Shown: positions 39,630-49,018 of the stretch, piece by piece
Layout: every line of letters starts with the position of its first letter
Position numbering within the stretch: the first letter of the stretch is position 1
Origin: a virus
DNA length: 64,000 nt
Strand: one strand, 5' to 3'
Virus record (IMG/VR): IMGVR_UViG_3300045988_171772
Span: 96,001 to 160,000 of that record
Made by a program: the position numbers and the translations under genes
The notes under the pieces: model-generated
Seen by the model: only the letters and a program-made list of their open reading frames with translations
Told to the model about the DNA's origin: nothing
Database searches by the model: none

Positions 39630-39948
39630 AATTATATAATGCAGGAACGATGAGGTAAGCCTAAGTTTTTAGAGTTTTTTCTTAGGCTTGCGCTGTCATC
39701 AACTGGCATTTATTTTTCCATGTATTCAGCAATTGTCAACCACTTTTTCTACGTAACACAAGGATTTCAATTTAAGTCATTCTAACTCACGTCCTATCAA
39801 ACATCATTTATTTACATCATATCAAGAATCATTCATTTAAATTATCCTTTTATCTTTTTCATCCAAATATCTTTCCTTATGTTTTTCGACCTGTTTAAAA
39901 TTCAATTTCTCATCGCATGTTTCAAGCGAATACTCAACTTCCAAACAA

Positions 39949-39994
39949 AAATAAATGGGTAGTATCCATATTTCAGGATACTACCCATTTATTT
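39949..39994. terminator. bidirectional hairpin terminator (19-bp stem)
   Basis: AAATAAATGGGTAGTATCC (39949-39967) pairs with GGATACTACCCATTTATTT (39976-39994). Lies between convergent genes. Confidence 0.8.
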
Positions 39995-39999
39995 TCTTT

Positions 40000-41586
40000 T
40001 TAGATGATACTGAGGAAAGTATAATACTCATCCATGACAGTATCAATAGGCACATCTGTCAAGACACGTCCATTGATCTCCGGATCATAATCCACCAGTA
40101 TAAAGCTGGAGTTGATAATGGTAGAGAGCTTCTTCTGAATGGGATTCTCTTTCGGTGCGATCTCTTGGATATACCGGAATTTACCCTCAATGACGCTCTT
40201 ATAGACATCCGAAGATTCGTATTTCTCCTGGAAGCGTGTATTCTTGATCATGTTTTCTTTAAACCGTCCTCTTACGACGGCAGTGACCAACTGAGGAAGG
40301 ATAACCATTCTAGCAGCCTGGAGATATTTCTTCAGGATGACCAGAAGCTTGATGGTATCTCTTCTTGTAATGGTCTGAATGGCTGTAGAAGAATGGAAGA
40401 AACCACTGTAGAAGGTATGCAGGAAATACTGCATCAGGTTATTGATTTTACAGTTCTCATAGTAAAAGTCCAATTCTTCCTGTGGGATATCGAACTCAAA
40501 TCTTTCATAGATCTGTTTCAATACCAGCTCATTGTTGACATCATTGATGATCTGGTTAGACTCATCGATACGATAGATAGACATCTCAAGACTTTCTGCA
40601 TGAGTTAGATAGTCATCCGAATCCGATCCGCCAGAGTCTGCATCAATTTCAATGGGTTTGAATTTGAAGTTCTCGAAGCGGAAATGGTTGTAGCTATTCG
40701 TTACAACGCCATCGATATACGAGACTACGCTTCTATCGTAAGCGATTTTATAGAGAGACTTGACCAGAATCACTTCATGAATCATATTCTGGAATACCGT
40801 CTCAAAGGTAATTCCATAGAGCTGCTTCTTCTTATTCCAGATAGGAGAGTCTACATTAAAGGATCTCTCCAATCGATATTTCACAAATCTGCAGAGGGGA
40901 TAGAAGATCGGGAAGAAATCATCCCCACTCTTTTCAAAGCGATCTACGATGTCCATGAAGATGGAATCAAACGCTTTAATGTAATCGTGAGAAGACACAA
41001 TATACTCACAGATGTTGGAGAAATGGACGCACAGAGGGAGAACGGCACGAATGGCAAACGAGATGCCGAGAAGCATCTTAGCCTGCTCATTGGTGATCTT
41101 CGGAGTGGTCCGATACTTTCCATCATCATCGGTATTGATATTGACAGTGTAAAGATCCTTCGCCATATGGATCATGTCATGGACAAAATCCTTTGTGACG
41201 ACGGTACGGATTAATACATTCTTAAACTGATTGGGTCTCATACCCGGGTTGCGATCGATCAGATATTTGACACTGGCCACATTGATCAGGAAATCATGTT
41301 TGGTGTCATAATACTTCATGAAGTAATTGATGTGCATACACACATCGGTCATACGTTCTTTGTAATGCTTCTTATTGATTTTGAACGTTTCGAATTTCGG
41401 GAATTGCTTACCAAAGATATCAGAGAAACGAGCATGTACCTTTTCGTCAACGTAGATGAATTTCAGGTCATCGTCTTCCGGTACCCATTCATTCAGCCTA
41501 GGATGATCCAGCTGCGGGGGTTGGAACTCGGCTTTCTCTTGAATCTTGTCATTTGGTTGGGCGTCGGTTTTCTTTCTTCTTGGCAT
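40000..41586 (-). CDS. hypothetical protein (528 aa)
   Basis: Track ORF. AGGAGG upstream of the ATG. TAA stop. Confidence 0.75.
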   Translation of the reverse strand: MPRRKKTDAQPNDKIQEKAEFQPPQLDHPRLNEWVPEDDDLKFIYVDEKVHARFSDIFGKQFPKFETFKINKKHYKERMTDVCMHINYFMKYYDTKHDFLINVASVKYLIDRNPGMRPNQFKNVLIRTVVTKDFVHDMIHMAKDLYTVNINTDDDGKYRTTPKITNEQAKMLLGISFAIRAVLPLCVHFSNICEYIVSSHDYIKAFDSIFMDIVDRFEKSGDDFFPIFYPLCRFVKYRLERSFNVDSPIWNKKKQLYGITFETVFQNMIHEVILVKSLYKIAYDRSVVSYIDGVVTNSYNHFRFENFKFKPIEIDADSGGSDSDDYLTHAESLEMSIYRIDESNQIINDVNNELVLKQIYERFEFDIPQEELDFYYENCKINNLMQYFLHTFYSGFFHSSTAIQTITRRDTIKLLVILKKYLQAARMVILPQLVTAVVRGRFKENMIKNTRFQEKYESSDVYKSVIEGKFRYIQEIAPKENPIQKKLSTIINSSFILVDYDPEINGRVLTDVPIDTVMDEYYTFLSII

Positions 41587-41628
41587 AACGGCATTCCTCC
41601 TAAAGCGTACGAGCAGATGATATACATC

Positions 41629-42381
41629 TTAAATTTTCTTTGACCTTTTCGTAGTCTTAGTCTTTTTAACCGTGACGGTTTTCTTGACTGTATGAGACTC
41701 CGGAGAAAGATCTGAAAATTCTTCTCCTTTCTTCTTCTCCTTTCTGGTAGTACCTTGCATGGATTGGGCTTTCTTATATTGATCTCTCGCAGTCGCAAAT
41801 GAATTCTTCATCTGTGCCTGCGATTGAATCTTTTGAAGAATGGTATTGGTGGTAGAGATAGGTGTAGCTAAGGTCATAACGTCCTTACAAGCCATATTGC
41901 CATAGGCATAATGAACGAGTAAAGATGTGATATAGAGACTTCTTTCATATCCAATGATCCCATAACTATTCCGAACTTCTGCTGTCTTCTTGATAGTATC
42001 CTTCTCATAGAGTCTGCGGGTCCAGTCTATGATGAGAGTCTTTTTATAGAAGAGATTGGCATAGGTATACAGGAAAGAAGGGCAATTGGAATAGACTTTG
42101 AATTCCATATCATTGACCTTAGTATCATCAAATCCCTTGGTATCCAATTCCAATAAGACATCGTAATGCAATCCTTCTCCATATTTGGATCCTGATTTGG
42201 ATTCCAGTTGGTAATGGAAGATCAGATAACGCTTTTTATACTGGTAAAGTACGGGTATGCCCTTACCTAAAGAAATGAAATTCTGGGCTTCATCCGCATA
42301 CTTTTGCTTAGTAGTGGATTGATCGCCCAGGACATTCGAACCTTTCCCAGCCGGGTTGGTTAGGTAATCGAGAATTGTCAT
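41629..42381 (-). CDS. hypothetical protein (250 aa, Lys-rich tail)
   Basis: Track ORF. AGGAGA upstream of the ATG. TAA stop. Confidence 0.75.
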   Translation of the reverse strand: MTILDYLTNPAGKGSNVLGDQSTTKQKYADEAQNFISLGKGIPVLYQYKKRYLIFHYQLESKSGSKYGEGLHYDVLLELDTKGFDDTKVNDMEFKVYSNCPSFLYTYANLFYKKTLIIDWTRRLYEKDTIKKTAEVRNSYGIIGYERSLYITSLLVHYAYGNMACKDVMTLATPISTTNTILQKIQSQAQMKNSFATARDQYKKAQSMQGTTRKEKKKGEEFSDLSPESHTVKKTVTVKKTKTTKRSKKI

Positions 42382-42522
42382 ACTTCATATCTCCTATGCG
42401 TATGCTAAAGTGTAAATCCGCTTAGTCTCACGTTCGGATACGGATAATCATTTACATATGGATTCCTATGTCGTTACCAAACTTTCTAATAATGCTAAAG
42501 AATAATAGCCGAGGTGATAAAA

Positions 42523-43275
42523 ATGGCTACTCTCACAATGACGGACATCTATAAGTCCGCATTTCAGAATATCTGCTCAACACTTCGGGATTTGTATGTG
42601 AGTGCGGAAGAAGGAACTTCGGATAATCTTCTGATGAAGGTTCGGATTTCCGGCGATCCCACTTATGGATCGAATCTCATTTCCTACTATTATATTCCGA
42701 TCCAGGTTCGTAAGCTCTGGAGTCAGCATTACTCCCAGGTCGTTCTCGATCAGGTGGAGACTGCGAATCGTATTACGATTACGACAGATGCTTCTGTGGA
42801 CATGGATCTGGAAGGTGCTGCATGGGTGCAGAATATCATCTCTTCTTTCATTACCAATCGGATTCAGATGACGAAGTCCGAGATTCTGAATAAGAGATAT
42901 TCTCATTCCTGCTACATCAATTCCGATGGGTGCATCTCGATCTCTATGGTGAGCAATAACACTTATCATACGAGCTACACTCTGGCAGTTCCCTCTGGAA
43001 ATCCTCTGGAGATTTTCAAAGGGTGGAATCTGGTCTCTGATCGTTTCATTACTCTGGTGCCTGTCTCCAATGTGGATACTGGTGCTCCGGATGATCCTGA
43101 CGATACAGATGATCCGCTGAATGATGGTACCATGATTCATTGCGTGACGAATGATGATGGTACCAATAGTTGGATCTGCGAATCTCCTGATATCTCAGAA
43201 GATGGCGAAGATACAACTACTGTCTCCTGCGATTACGATGAAGCAACTGATACACATACGTGGTCTTGCGAGTAA
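42523..43275 (+). CDS. hypothetical protein with Asp/Cys-rich C-terminus
   Basis: ATG at 42523 follows GAGGTGA. Intermediate GC3. TAA stop, then a hairpin. Confidence 0.7.
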   Translation: MATLTMTDIYKSAFQNICSTLRDLYVSAEEGTSDNLLMKVRISGDPTYGSNLISYYYIPIQVRKLWSQHYSQVVLDQVETANRITITTDASVDMDLEGAAWVQNIISSFITNRIQMTKSEILNKRYSHSCYINSDGCISISMVSNNTYHTSYTLAVPSGNPLEIFKGWNLVSDRFITLVPVSNVDTGAPDDPDDTDDPLNDGTMIHCVTNDDGTNSWICESPDISEDGEDTTTVSCDYDEATDTHTWSCE

Positions 43276-43299
43276 TCCCTAAGTTTAAGCACATCATAG

Positions 43300-43345
43300 C
43301 ATCGCTTCTTATAGAGATGATATAGAGTCTTTATAAGAAGCGATG
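43300..43345 (+). terminator. hairpin terminator
   Basis: CATCGCTTCTTATA (43300-43313) pairs with TATAAGAAGCGATG (43332-43345), followed by TTTTG. Confidence 0.7.
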
Positions 43346-43954
43346 TTTTGTCTCTGTGGTAAAACCTACATGGGGTTTCTCGTTAGATCAAACGAGCCTT
43401 GGTTACGGTGGATTATACCCCGACGGGATGAATCTTTGGGACTGGGATATCGGTATAGTTTGTGGCACTGCTTCCATCCAGGGTCTAACCTCCCCTTGGA
43501 TATATTGGCCAAGAAGAATGTCGCCCTGGTATTTATCGCCGGAGATTTATCTTGTCAAAAACCGTATGATGCTGTCCATATAGGAAGAGCAATAAGATTC
43601 AGGGTCGCTATTTAATCTGAATCTGTCCATATGGGCTAGATTGACTCTATAGAGACATACGCGATAAATATCTCTATAGATGCGGAATTGTAATCTGTGT
43701 GGAGTGAGTAATTCCCTCACTTAAGCAAGAAAGTCTGTAGGAGTCTATCAACCCTATAGATGCACACAGGAGAGACGGATATAAGTGGCTTGATAACTCA
43801 CTTGAAGTCATCATCCAGGAGGGATGGGCTGTGGATACGGATTCCTGTATCATTTGATACCGTTTGTCGTATGTGTAAGATGATGAAAGCATGTTATTAC
43901 TGGCATGAGGTTTGTGATATACCTGAATATCGCTCCGTCTTTTTATTGATTGAA
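43346..43954 (+). ncRNA. candidate structured non-coding RNA (about 600 nt)
   Basis: ORF-poor, visibly GC-richer than its flanks, with multiple local helices. It has a hairpin terminator at its own 3' end. No family recognised. Confidence 0.3.
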
Positions 43955-43991
43955 AGAGATATACCGAAATTATACAAATCGGTATATCTCT
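43955..43991 (+). terminator. hairpin terminator
   Basis: AGAGATATACCGA (43955-43967) pairs with TCGGTATATCTCT (43979-43991), followed by TTTATTTT. Confidence 0.75.
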
Positions 43992-44052
43992 TTTATTTTC
44001 TGGGTATTGGAACCCCAAGAACCCTATCTTAAGAAATGAGGTGACTCACATA

Positions 44053-46074
44053 ATGAAAATAGAGACATTTAATGTCCCGCATGTGGGAGCTTCACAATCA
44101 TTCGGAACCTCTACTCTTCTGAATAATCTGAAGAATATTGGTTCCGTGATTCTCAATACTCCAGTAGCAGCGAGTCCGTATACCGCTGCTTTTAATGTTT
44201 CCTATAATAATGGGTTTATGGATTTGAATACGGTCAAATATCTGATGCAGACTATCCAAAAGTTTGCTGATGGGAATGATCGTACCACTTCCGAAGGATA
44301 TTCCGCTATTATGGGATCTTATTTGGCTGGATATTTGGAAGCTCATTACGATCGTAGCTATACTTCCAATGATGATGTCACTCTTGGTATATTGTCACCC
44401 TTCTTGGGTGTCTATGCTGAGATTGCTCATCAGAAGAAAGATAGAAAAATGCTCAATACCAAAGAAGTATGTGAATACTTCTGCGATTTGTGTGCAACCA
44501 TCGGTTACGTTCCCAGTGACTATGAAGCTTTTGCATTGACCTGGGAAGAAATCCAGAGTGCTGAGATTATGCCGAGAATTCTTGATCTCATCAGAGAGAA
44601 GGCTTATCATACTCAGCATATCCCTACGGATTCTAATCAAGATCCTATGTCTAGAGATTTTCTCGATAGTATCATTTCTTCTTTGGAGAAGGACCTTCTC
44701 TCACACGATAATGATGCTGAATACGTAGCATCTCAGATTCCGTATGTAACAGAAGCTATTATCTATATGACTGATGCATGTCTCTTTCTTTATAAGTCTA
44801 CTCTGGATAGATTGGCAGAGGAGACATATAGGGAAATCAATGAAATTCTCAATGAGAAGACTTATGCTCCTATTGCCAAGTATATTCCAATTGAAGTAGC
44901 GAAAGCTACTCAGGGATTCCTTGTTGAAACCATCAGGTCTTTCTCCAACATTGGAAATTATCCTCAGAATGAGGTAGGATTCAAGAAGTGCATTCTTGAG
45001 AATATCACAGATGAGAATTTCAAGGAATTCATGAAGGAACTCGTTGAGTATTTCAAGAGGGATTTCTATCCGGATTATCTCAGACATCATAAGAGTGATT
45101 CTGGATCTATGCCTTCCTCTACAGGAAGTGACAATAACTGTGCCTATGTCTTCAATGGAGTCTTCAGAACCATTGCAGATCTTCTGGTACAGAATTGGGA
45201 GAGATCTAGACCCTATATCGAGTCCGATTATCTGAATCGATTCGTTGAGAGATTCTGGTCTTACTTTACTACTTACTGGGTAAAGAATTTCAACTCCATC
45301 GACTTCGGTGAAGTGGATACTCTGACTGTGGATAGTAGTGAAGAATACTTGAAGTATCTCATCAGCTTCGCAGACAAAGAACTCGATGAACTCAAGAATG
45401 CTTACGAAGAAGAGGATAATCATCCTAAGGCAGTATGTTCTCCTATGAATGTTAATCCTTGGGGAATTGCAATTGAGGGTAAGAATTCTATAAAGTATCA
45501 AGAGAAACAAGGATCTCGAATTGGCTCCAATATCTCTAAGGCATTTCAGAATGCTATGGAAGGAGCTGCTCATATCATTTCTCAGTTTAAGAAGATCTCT
45601 TCTGCTGTCTATAAATGGATTACTTCTGATACTAAGAATCAGGATAAAATCGTCTTGGATGGTAGAAAGTTTACCTTCCCCGGATTGATCAAGAGAATCC
45701 TCTTGAGCTATGGTCTTTTCCATGTCAATATCGTGGCTGGTGTCTGTGCATGGATTTTCCTCTGGGCCAAACAGAAGAAAGCCAATAAGGCATCGAGAAG
45801 AAAGATGATCATGATGCTTCAGGAAGAGATTCAGATGACAGAGGAGAAGATCCAGGATGCATCTGCGGATGGAGATCGTAAGGCTAAGTATGCTCTTATG
45901 AGATCCAAGAATCAGTTGCAGAATGCTCTGAATAAACTGAAGTATGGATATGGCGTCGATCTCAAAGATGAAGAGCAACCTGCTGTCCGTAAGGTTACAG
46001 ATCGTGCCTTGAGTGGTGGTAAGATTGCTCCGGATGATAGTCTGAGAACTGCCAGAAGTGGTGGAAGGAGATGA
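44053..46074 (+). CDS. hypothetical head-module protein (673 aa; hydrophobic segment and coiled-coil near the C-terminus)
   Basis: ATG at 44053 follows TGAGGTGA. Lies upstream of the scaffold-like and capsid genes. TGA stop. Confidence 0.75.
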   Translation: MKIETFNVPHVGASQSFGTSTLLNNLKNIGSVILNTPVAASPYTAAFNVSYNNGFMDLNTVKYLMQTIQKFADGNDRTTSEGYSAIMGSYLAGYLEAHYDRSYTSNDDVTLGILSPFLGVYAEIAHQKKDRKMLNTKEVCEYFCDLCATIGYVPSDYEAFALTWEEIQSAEIMPRILDLIREKAYHTQHIPTDSNQDPMSRDFLDSIISSLEKDLLSHDNDAEYVASQIPYVTEAIIYMTDACLFLYKSTLDRLAEETYREINEILNEKTYAPIAKYIPIEVAKATQGFLVETIRSFSNIGNYPQNEVGFKKCILENITDENFKEFMKELVEYFKRDFYPDYLRHHKSDSGSMPSSTGSDNNCAYVFNGVFRTIADLLVQNWERSRPYIESDYLNRFVERFWSYFTTYWVKNFNSIDFGEVDTLTVDSSEEYLKYLISFADKELDELKNAYEEEDNHPKAVCSPMNVNPWGIAIEGKNSIKYQEKQGSRIGSNISKAFQNAMEGAAHIISQFKKISSAVYKWITSDTKNQDKIVLDGRKFTFPGLIKRILLSYGLFHVNIVAGVCAWIFLWAKQKKANKASRRKMIMMLQEEIQMTEEKIQDASADGDRKAKYALMRSKNQLQNALNKLKYGYGVDLKDEEQPAVRKVTDRALSGGKIAPDDSLRTARSGGRR

Positions 46075-46081
46075 TCCTCTT

Positions 46082-46753
46082 ATGAATACTCTGGATGAAG
46101 TCTTTGAATTCTTCCTCGATGATAGTGAGGATCTGGATCCTGCGATGGAATTGGATATCTTAGCAGGTGGAGATCCTACTACCAATGCAGCAGAGAATCC
46201 TGAAGCGGCTGGTGGTGGAGCTGGTACACAAGCGCCGGATACCAATCCTCCTCAGAATGTCGATGCCGATACTCCTCCGGATACAGAGGGAGATCCCGGT
46301 ATGGGAGATGACATGGGCGAAGAGGATGAATTCGGGGATGAAGAAGGTGGAGACTCCATGGGTGATGTTGACACCAATAGTGGAGATCCAAATAACCCCG
46401 ATATGGAGAGAAGAATCAATCTTAGAAAGTTGATTCTTGCTCTGATCAATGCCTATGAAGGATCCATCAATGCTATGACCAATGGAACTCCTCCTGCAGA
46501 TGATAATCTTTCTACCAAGTATTACAATCTCCAGGATAAGATGACCAAAGCAAGAAATATCCTCTATGAGATTGCTACGAATGACATCTATGCCAAACCG
46601 TATGAAGATTCTCTGAGAAGATATTCTGCTTTGAATCAGCTTTATTCCATCTGTGTCGAATATCTCAATACCATCCTCATTAAGAAACCTGAAGATGTCA
46701 AGAAGAGAAAGAGAGGACCTTCTGCATTCCGGAATAATGTGAAGGTCAGGTAA
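46082..46753 (+). CDS. scaffold-like protein (acidic low-complexity N-half, helical C-half)
   Basis: ATG at 46082 follows GGAAGGAGA. Composition and its position directly upstream of the putative capsid gene are the only evidence. Confidence 0.55.
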   Translation: MNTLDEVFEFFLDDSEDLDPAMELDILAGGDPTTNAAENPEAAGGGAGTQAPDTNPPQNVDADTPPDTEGDPGMGDDMGEEDEFGDEEGGDSMGDVDTNSGDPNNPDMERRINLRKLILALINAYEGSINAMTNGTPPADDNLSTKYYNLQDKMTKARNILYEIATNDIYAKPYEDSLRRYSALNQLYSICVEYLNTILIKKPEDVKKRKRGPSAFRNNVKVR

Positions 46754-46831
46754 GATAAAATCTATATTGCTAGTATACTTCTATTCATAAGGAGTATACT
46801 AGCAATTCTTTTATATAGGAGATGAAAGAGA

Positions 46832-46942
46832 ATGTTTCAATTCATCAAGAGTGTATTGTCTCGATATTATTCTTGCTATCGTCTGAAAGATGAAGAAGTG
46901 GAGAAAGTAGAGAGATACTGGAGAGTCTTAGGTCTTATCTAA
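46832..46942 (+). CDS. possible micro-ORF (36 aa)
   Basis: AGGAGA RBS 7 nt upstream. It is bracketed by hairpins 46766-46806 and 46954-47013. Confidence 0.35.
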   Translation: MFQFIKSVLSRYYSCYRLKDEEVEKVERYWRVLGLI

Positions 46943-47204
46943 GAGAAGAAAATAAGAGCTAGAGAATCATCTGGAGCGATAAAGTGAATATCATCCAGGA
47001 TTCTCTAGCTCTTAGTAAGCTCTCAAAAATGACCATGTATAACAGCCTCTTAAATAAATTTTACATAAATGCCAGAATTCTTTGCGATATAGCGAACCCC
47101 ACGCTCTGTGGAAATAAACAATACCGTAAAGCGGTGAATCCCCTTATCAAGGATTCATCCATTTGTGTAAAACTTAAACTTCAATAAATTGGAGGTTAAA
47201 TACC

Positions 47205-48917
47205 ATGGCTAACTTGCTCAATCGCTTTGGCCAGGAAACCCGCATTATCGGTAACGATCATGCTTCCAACGAAGATGCGGGCTTCAAAGCTGAAGTCAAA
47301 GGCATTTTTGAATCCTACGCCGGACAGGGCGTTGACCTGACCTCTGATCTGCCTCAGATCATTGCTCGTGCCAACGACCGTCGTGAGTTCGAAGACCAGA
47401 TCATGGAGAGCTTCGCCAGCGATCCGATGTTCAACGACAGCCGCATTTCCCATGATGTGTTCTACGGGAACTACGCTGAACGTTTCGGCCTGCTGCTGGA
47501 CAACTCTCTGACCAGTGTTGCCATCGAGTCTGTCACTCAGGGTTACCATCCCATCGTTGCTTACAACCCCTTCTTCCTGAAGAAGCAGTGGGTTGCCTGC
47601 ATCTTCAAGGATGTCCTGATGACCGAAGTTCCCAACAGCCCTGTGATCAACCTGGCCTTCGAGCGTCGTTACATCAAGACGATGTCTGGCGAGAAGTACG
47701 AGATGCCTGATGTCTTCTATGATGACGAGAAGATGGCGACTCTGTCTGAAGAGTCTCAGGGTATCCCCATGGATGCTACCAAGGAGATCTCTCTGCCTCT
47801 GAAGAATGAGGATCTGCTGGTTGCGGATTACTTCCCGGCTATCGGCGCTATCGTTGATCGCGCTGAGATGCTGAACCAGAGCCTGGAGATCGCCGAGGTT
47901 CACTTTGCGACTGCGGACAAGTGGATTCCGGTTCATATCACCGCTGACGCTACCACCCATGCTTTCCCGCCGAAGGTCATCTCTGATGGCCGGGCCACTC
48001 CCGAGACCGATACTCTGGTCGGCAATGTCGACTTTGAGGGCGGCCGCGTGACCATTGTCTCTACGGCGGACAAGATCGACAAGATCAAGATGAACGGCAA
48101 GCTGAGCAACCGTTGGAACGAGCGCGGCCTGACCGTCATCCGTGAAAACGAGCAGATCCAGAAGCAGATGCCTGAGTCTGGTCCTCGTATGAACACGGCT
48201 GTGACCGTTGAGGAAGCTGCTGACGCTCTGGCTCTGCAGCGCATCGACATGATCGCCGATAACGTCGACATGATGGGTCGTTCTCTGGCTGAGCTGGAGG
48301 ACTACGAGATCCGTACCTTCCTGGACAAGAGCTATCAGGCTCAGGAAGCTGCTGGTGCTGGCCCGTACGGCTATGAGAAGCTGACTGTCACTGCGAAGTT
48401 CAACGCTCTGCCGTATGACGGTTTCACCAATAACATCACTGACTGGATGAAGGATTCTCGGGAATACTTCGAGCGTGTGATCAACACCCTGAAGCAGAAG
48501 CTGAAGAGCCCCGATGTGATCATCGTGGCCGTGGCGAATCCCGAGCTGATCCGTTTCCTGCAGGATGGCATCGACTGGGTCTTTGCTGATGACACCCAGA
48601 TTTCTGGCATCAAGATTGCCTACAAGTTCGGCATTCTGACCACTGCCCAGGATCGTGTGCACATCATCACTTCCCATTATCTGAAGGCCGATACCGGCAT
48701 TCACTTCATCGTGATCCCGACCACCAAGGAACTGATCACCTACAAGCACTACAAGTACAACATGGTGATCGATCGTGGTTACCGTAACCCGGTCCACACC
48801 CTGGTGCCCAACATCATGGCCACTCAGCGTACTCTGACCTTCGAGGTTCTGCCTGTTCAGGGTCGCATGACCATTGATGGCCGTGACTTCACTTCTCCCG
48901 AGACTCTGACTCGGTAA
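47205..48917 (+). CDS. putative major capsid protein (570 aa)
   Basis: Strong GGAGG RBS. It has the most extreme GC3-rich codon usage in the window. It follows the scaffold-like gene. I cannot confirm the fold or family from sequence alone. Confidence 0.5.
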   Translation: MANLLNRFGQETRIIGNDHASNEDAGFKAEVKGIFESYAGQGVDLTSDLPQIIARANDRREFEDQIMESFASDPMFNDSRISHDVFYGNYAERFGLLLDNSLTSVAIESVTQGYHPIVAYNPFFLKKQWVACIFKDVLMTEVPNSPVINLAFERRYIKTMSGEKYEMPDVFYDDEKMATLSEESQGIPMDATKEISLPLKNEDLLVADYFPAIGAIVDRAEMLNQSLEIAEVHFATADKWIPVHITADATTHAFPPKVISDGRATPETDTLVGNVDFEGGRVTIVSTADKIDKIKMNGKLSNRWNERGLTVIRENEQIQKQMPESGPRMNTAVTVEEAADALALQRIDMIADNVDMMGRSLAELEDYEIRTFLDKSYQAQEAAGAGPYGYEKLTVTAKFNALPYDGFTNNITDWMKDSREYFERVINTLKQKLKSPDVIIVAVANPELIRFLQDGIDWVFADDTQISGIKIAYKFGILTTAQDRVHIITSHYLKADTGIHFIVIPTTKELITYKHYKYNMVIDRGYRNPVHTLVPNIMATQRTLTFEVLPVQGRMTIDGRDFTSPETLTR

Positions 48918-49018
48918 TTGATTCTGAAGTCTATCAACTGATCAATTTCATGAATTCAACCCCGTATACGGAGATTCTTACAATCCTCGTATACGGGGTT
49001 TTAATTTGTTAATAGAGA

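Noticed and set aside
43343-44018. Track ORFs 43343..43615 (+), 43356..43583 (+), 43674..44018 (-) and 43760..44032 (+) as protein genes, or the segment as a third group I intron
   Set aside because: These ORFs overlap one another in different frames, lack an RBS and have atypical composition.

The segment shares only the TCTCTATAGATG-like element and an imperfect GGATATAAGTGG with the two introns. The flanking genes are complete, with a stop plus terminator on one side and an RBS plus ATG on the other.
47196-48797. 533-aa minus-strand ORF opposite the capsid gene, and other long antisense ORFs (11084..12340, 13331..14287, 14315..15841, 21919..23826, 28028..29332, 34823..35875, 44701..46245, 40684..41214)
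   Set aside because: Their products are low-complexity and rich in Leu, Ile, Arg and Ser. They have no RBS and each lies entirely inside a convincing gene on the other strand. They are shadow ORFs caused by codon bias.
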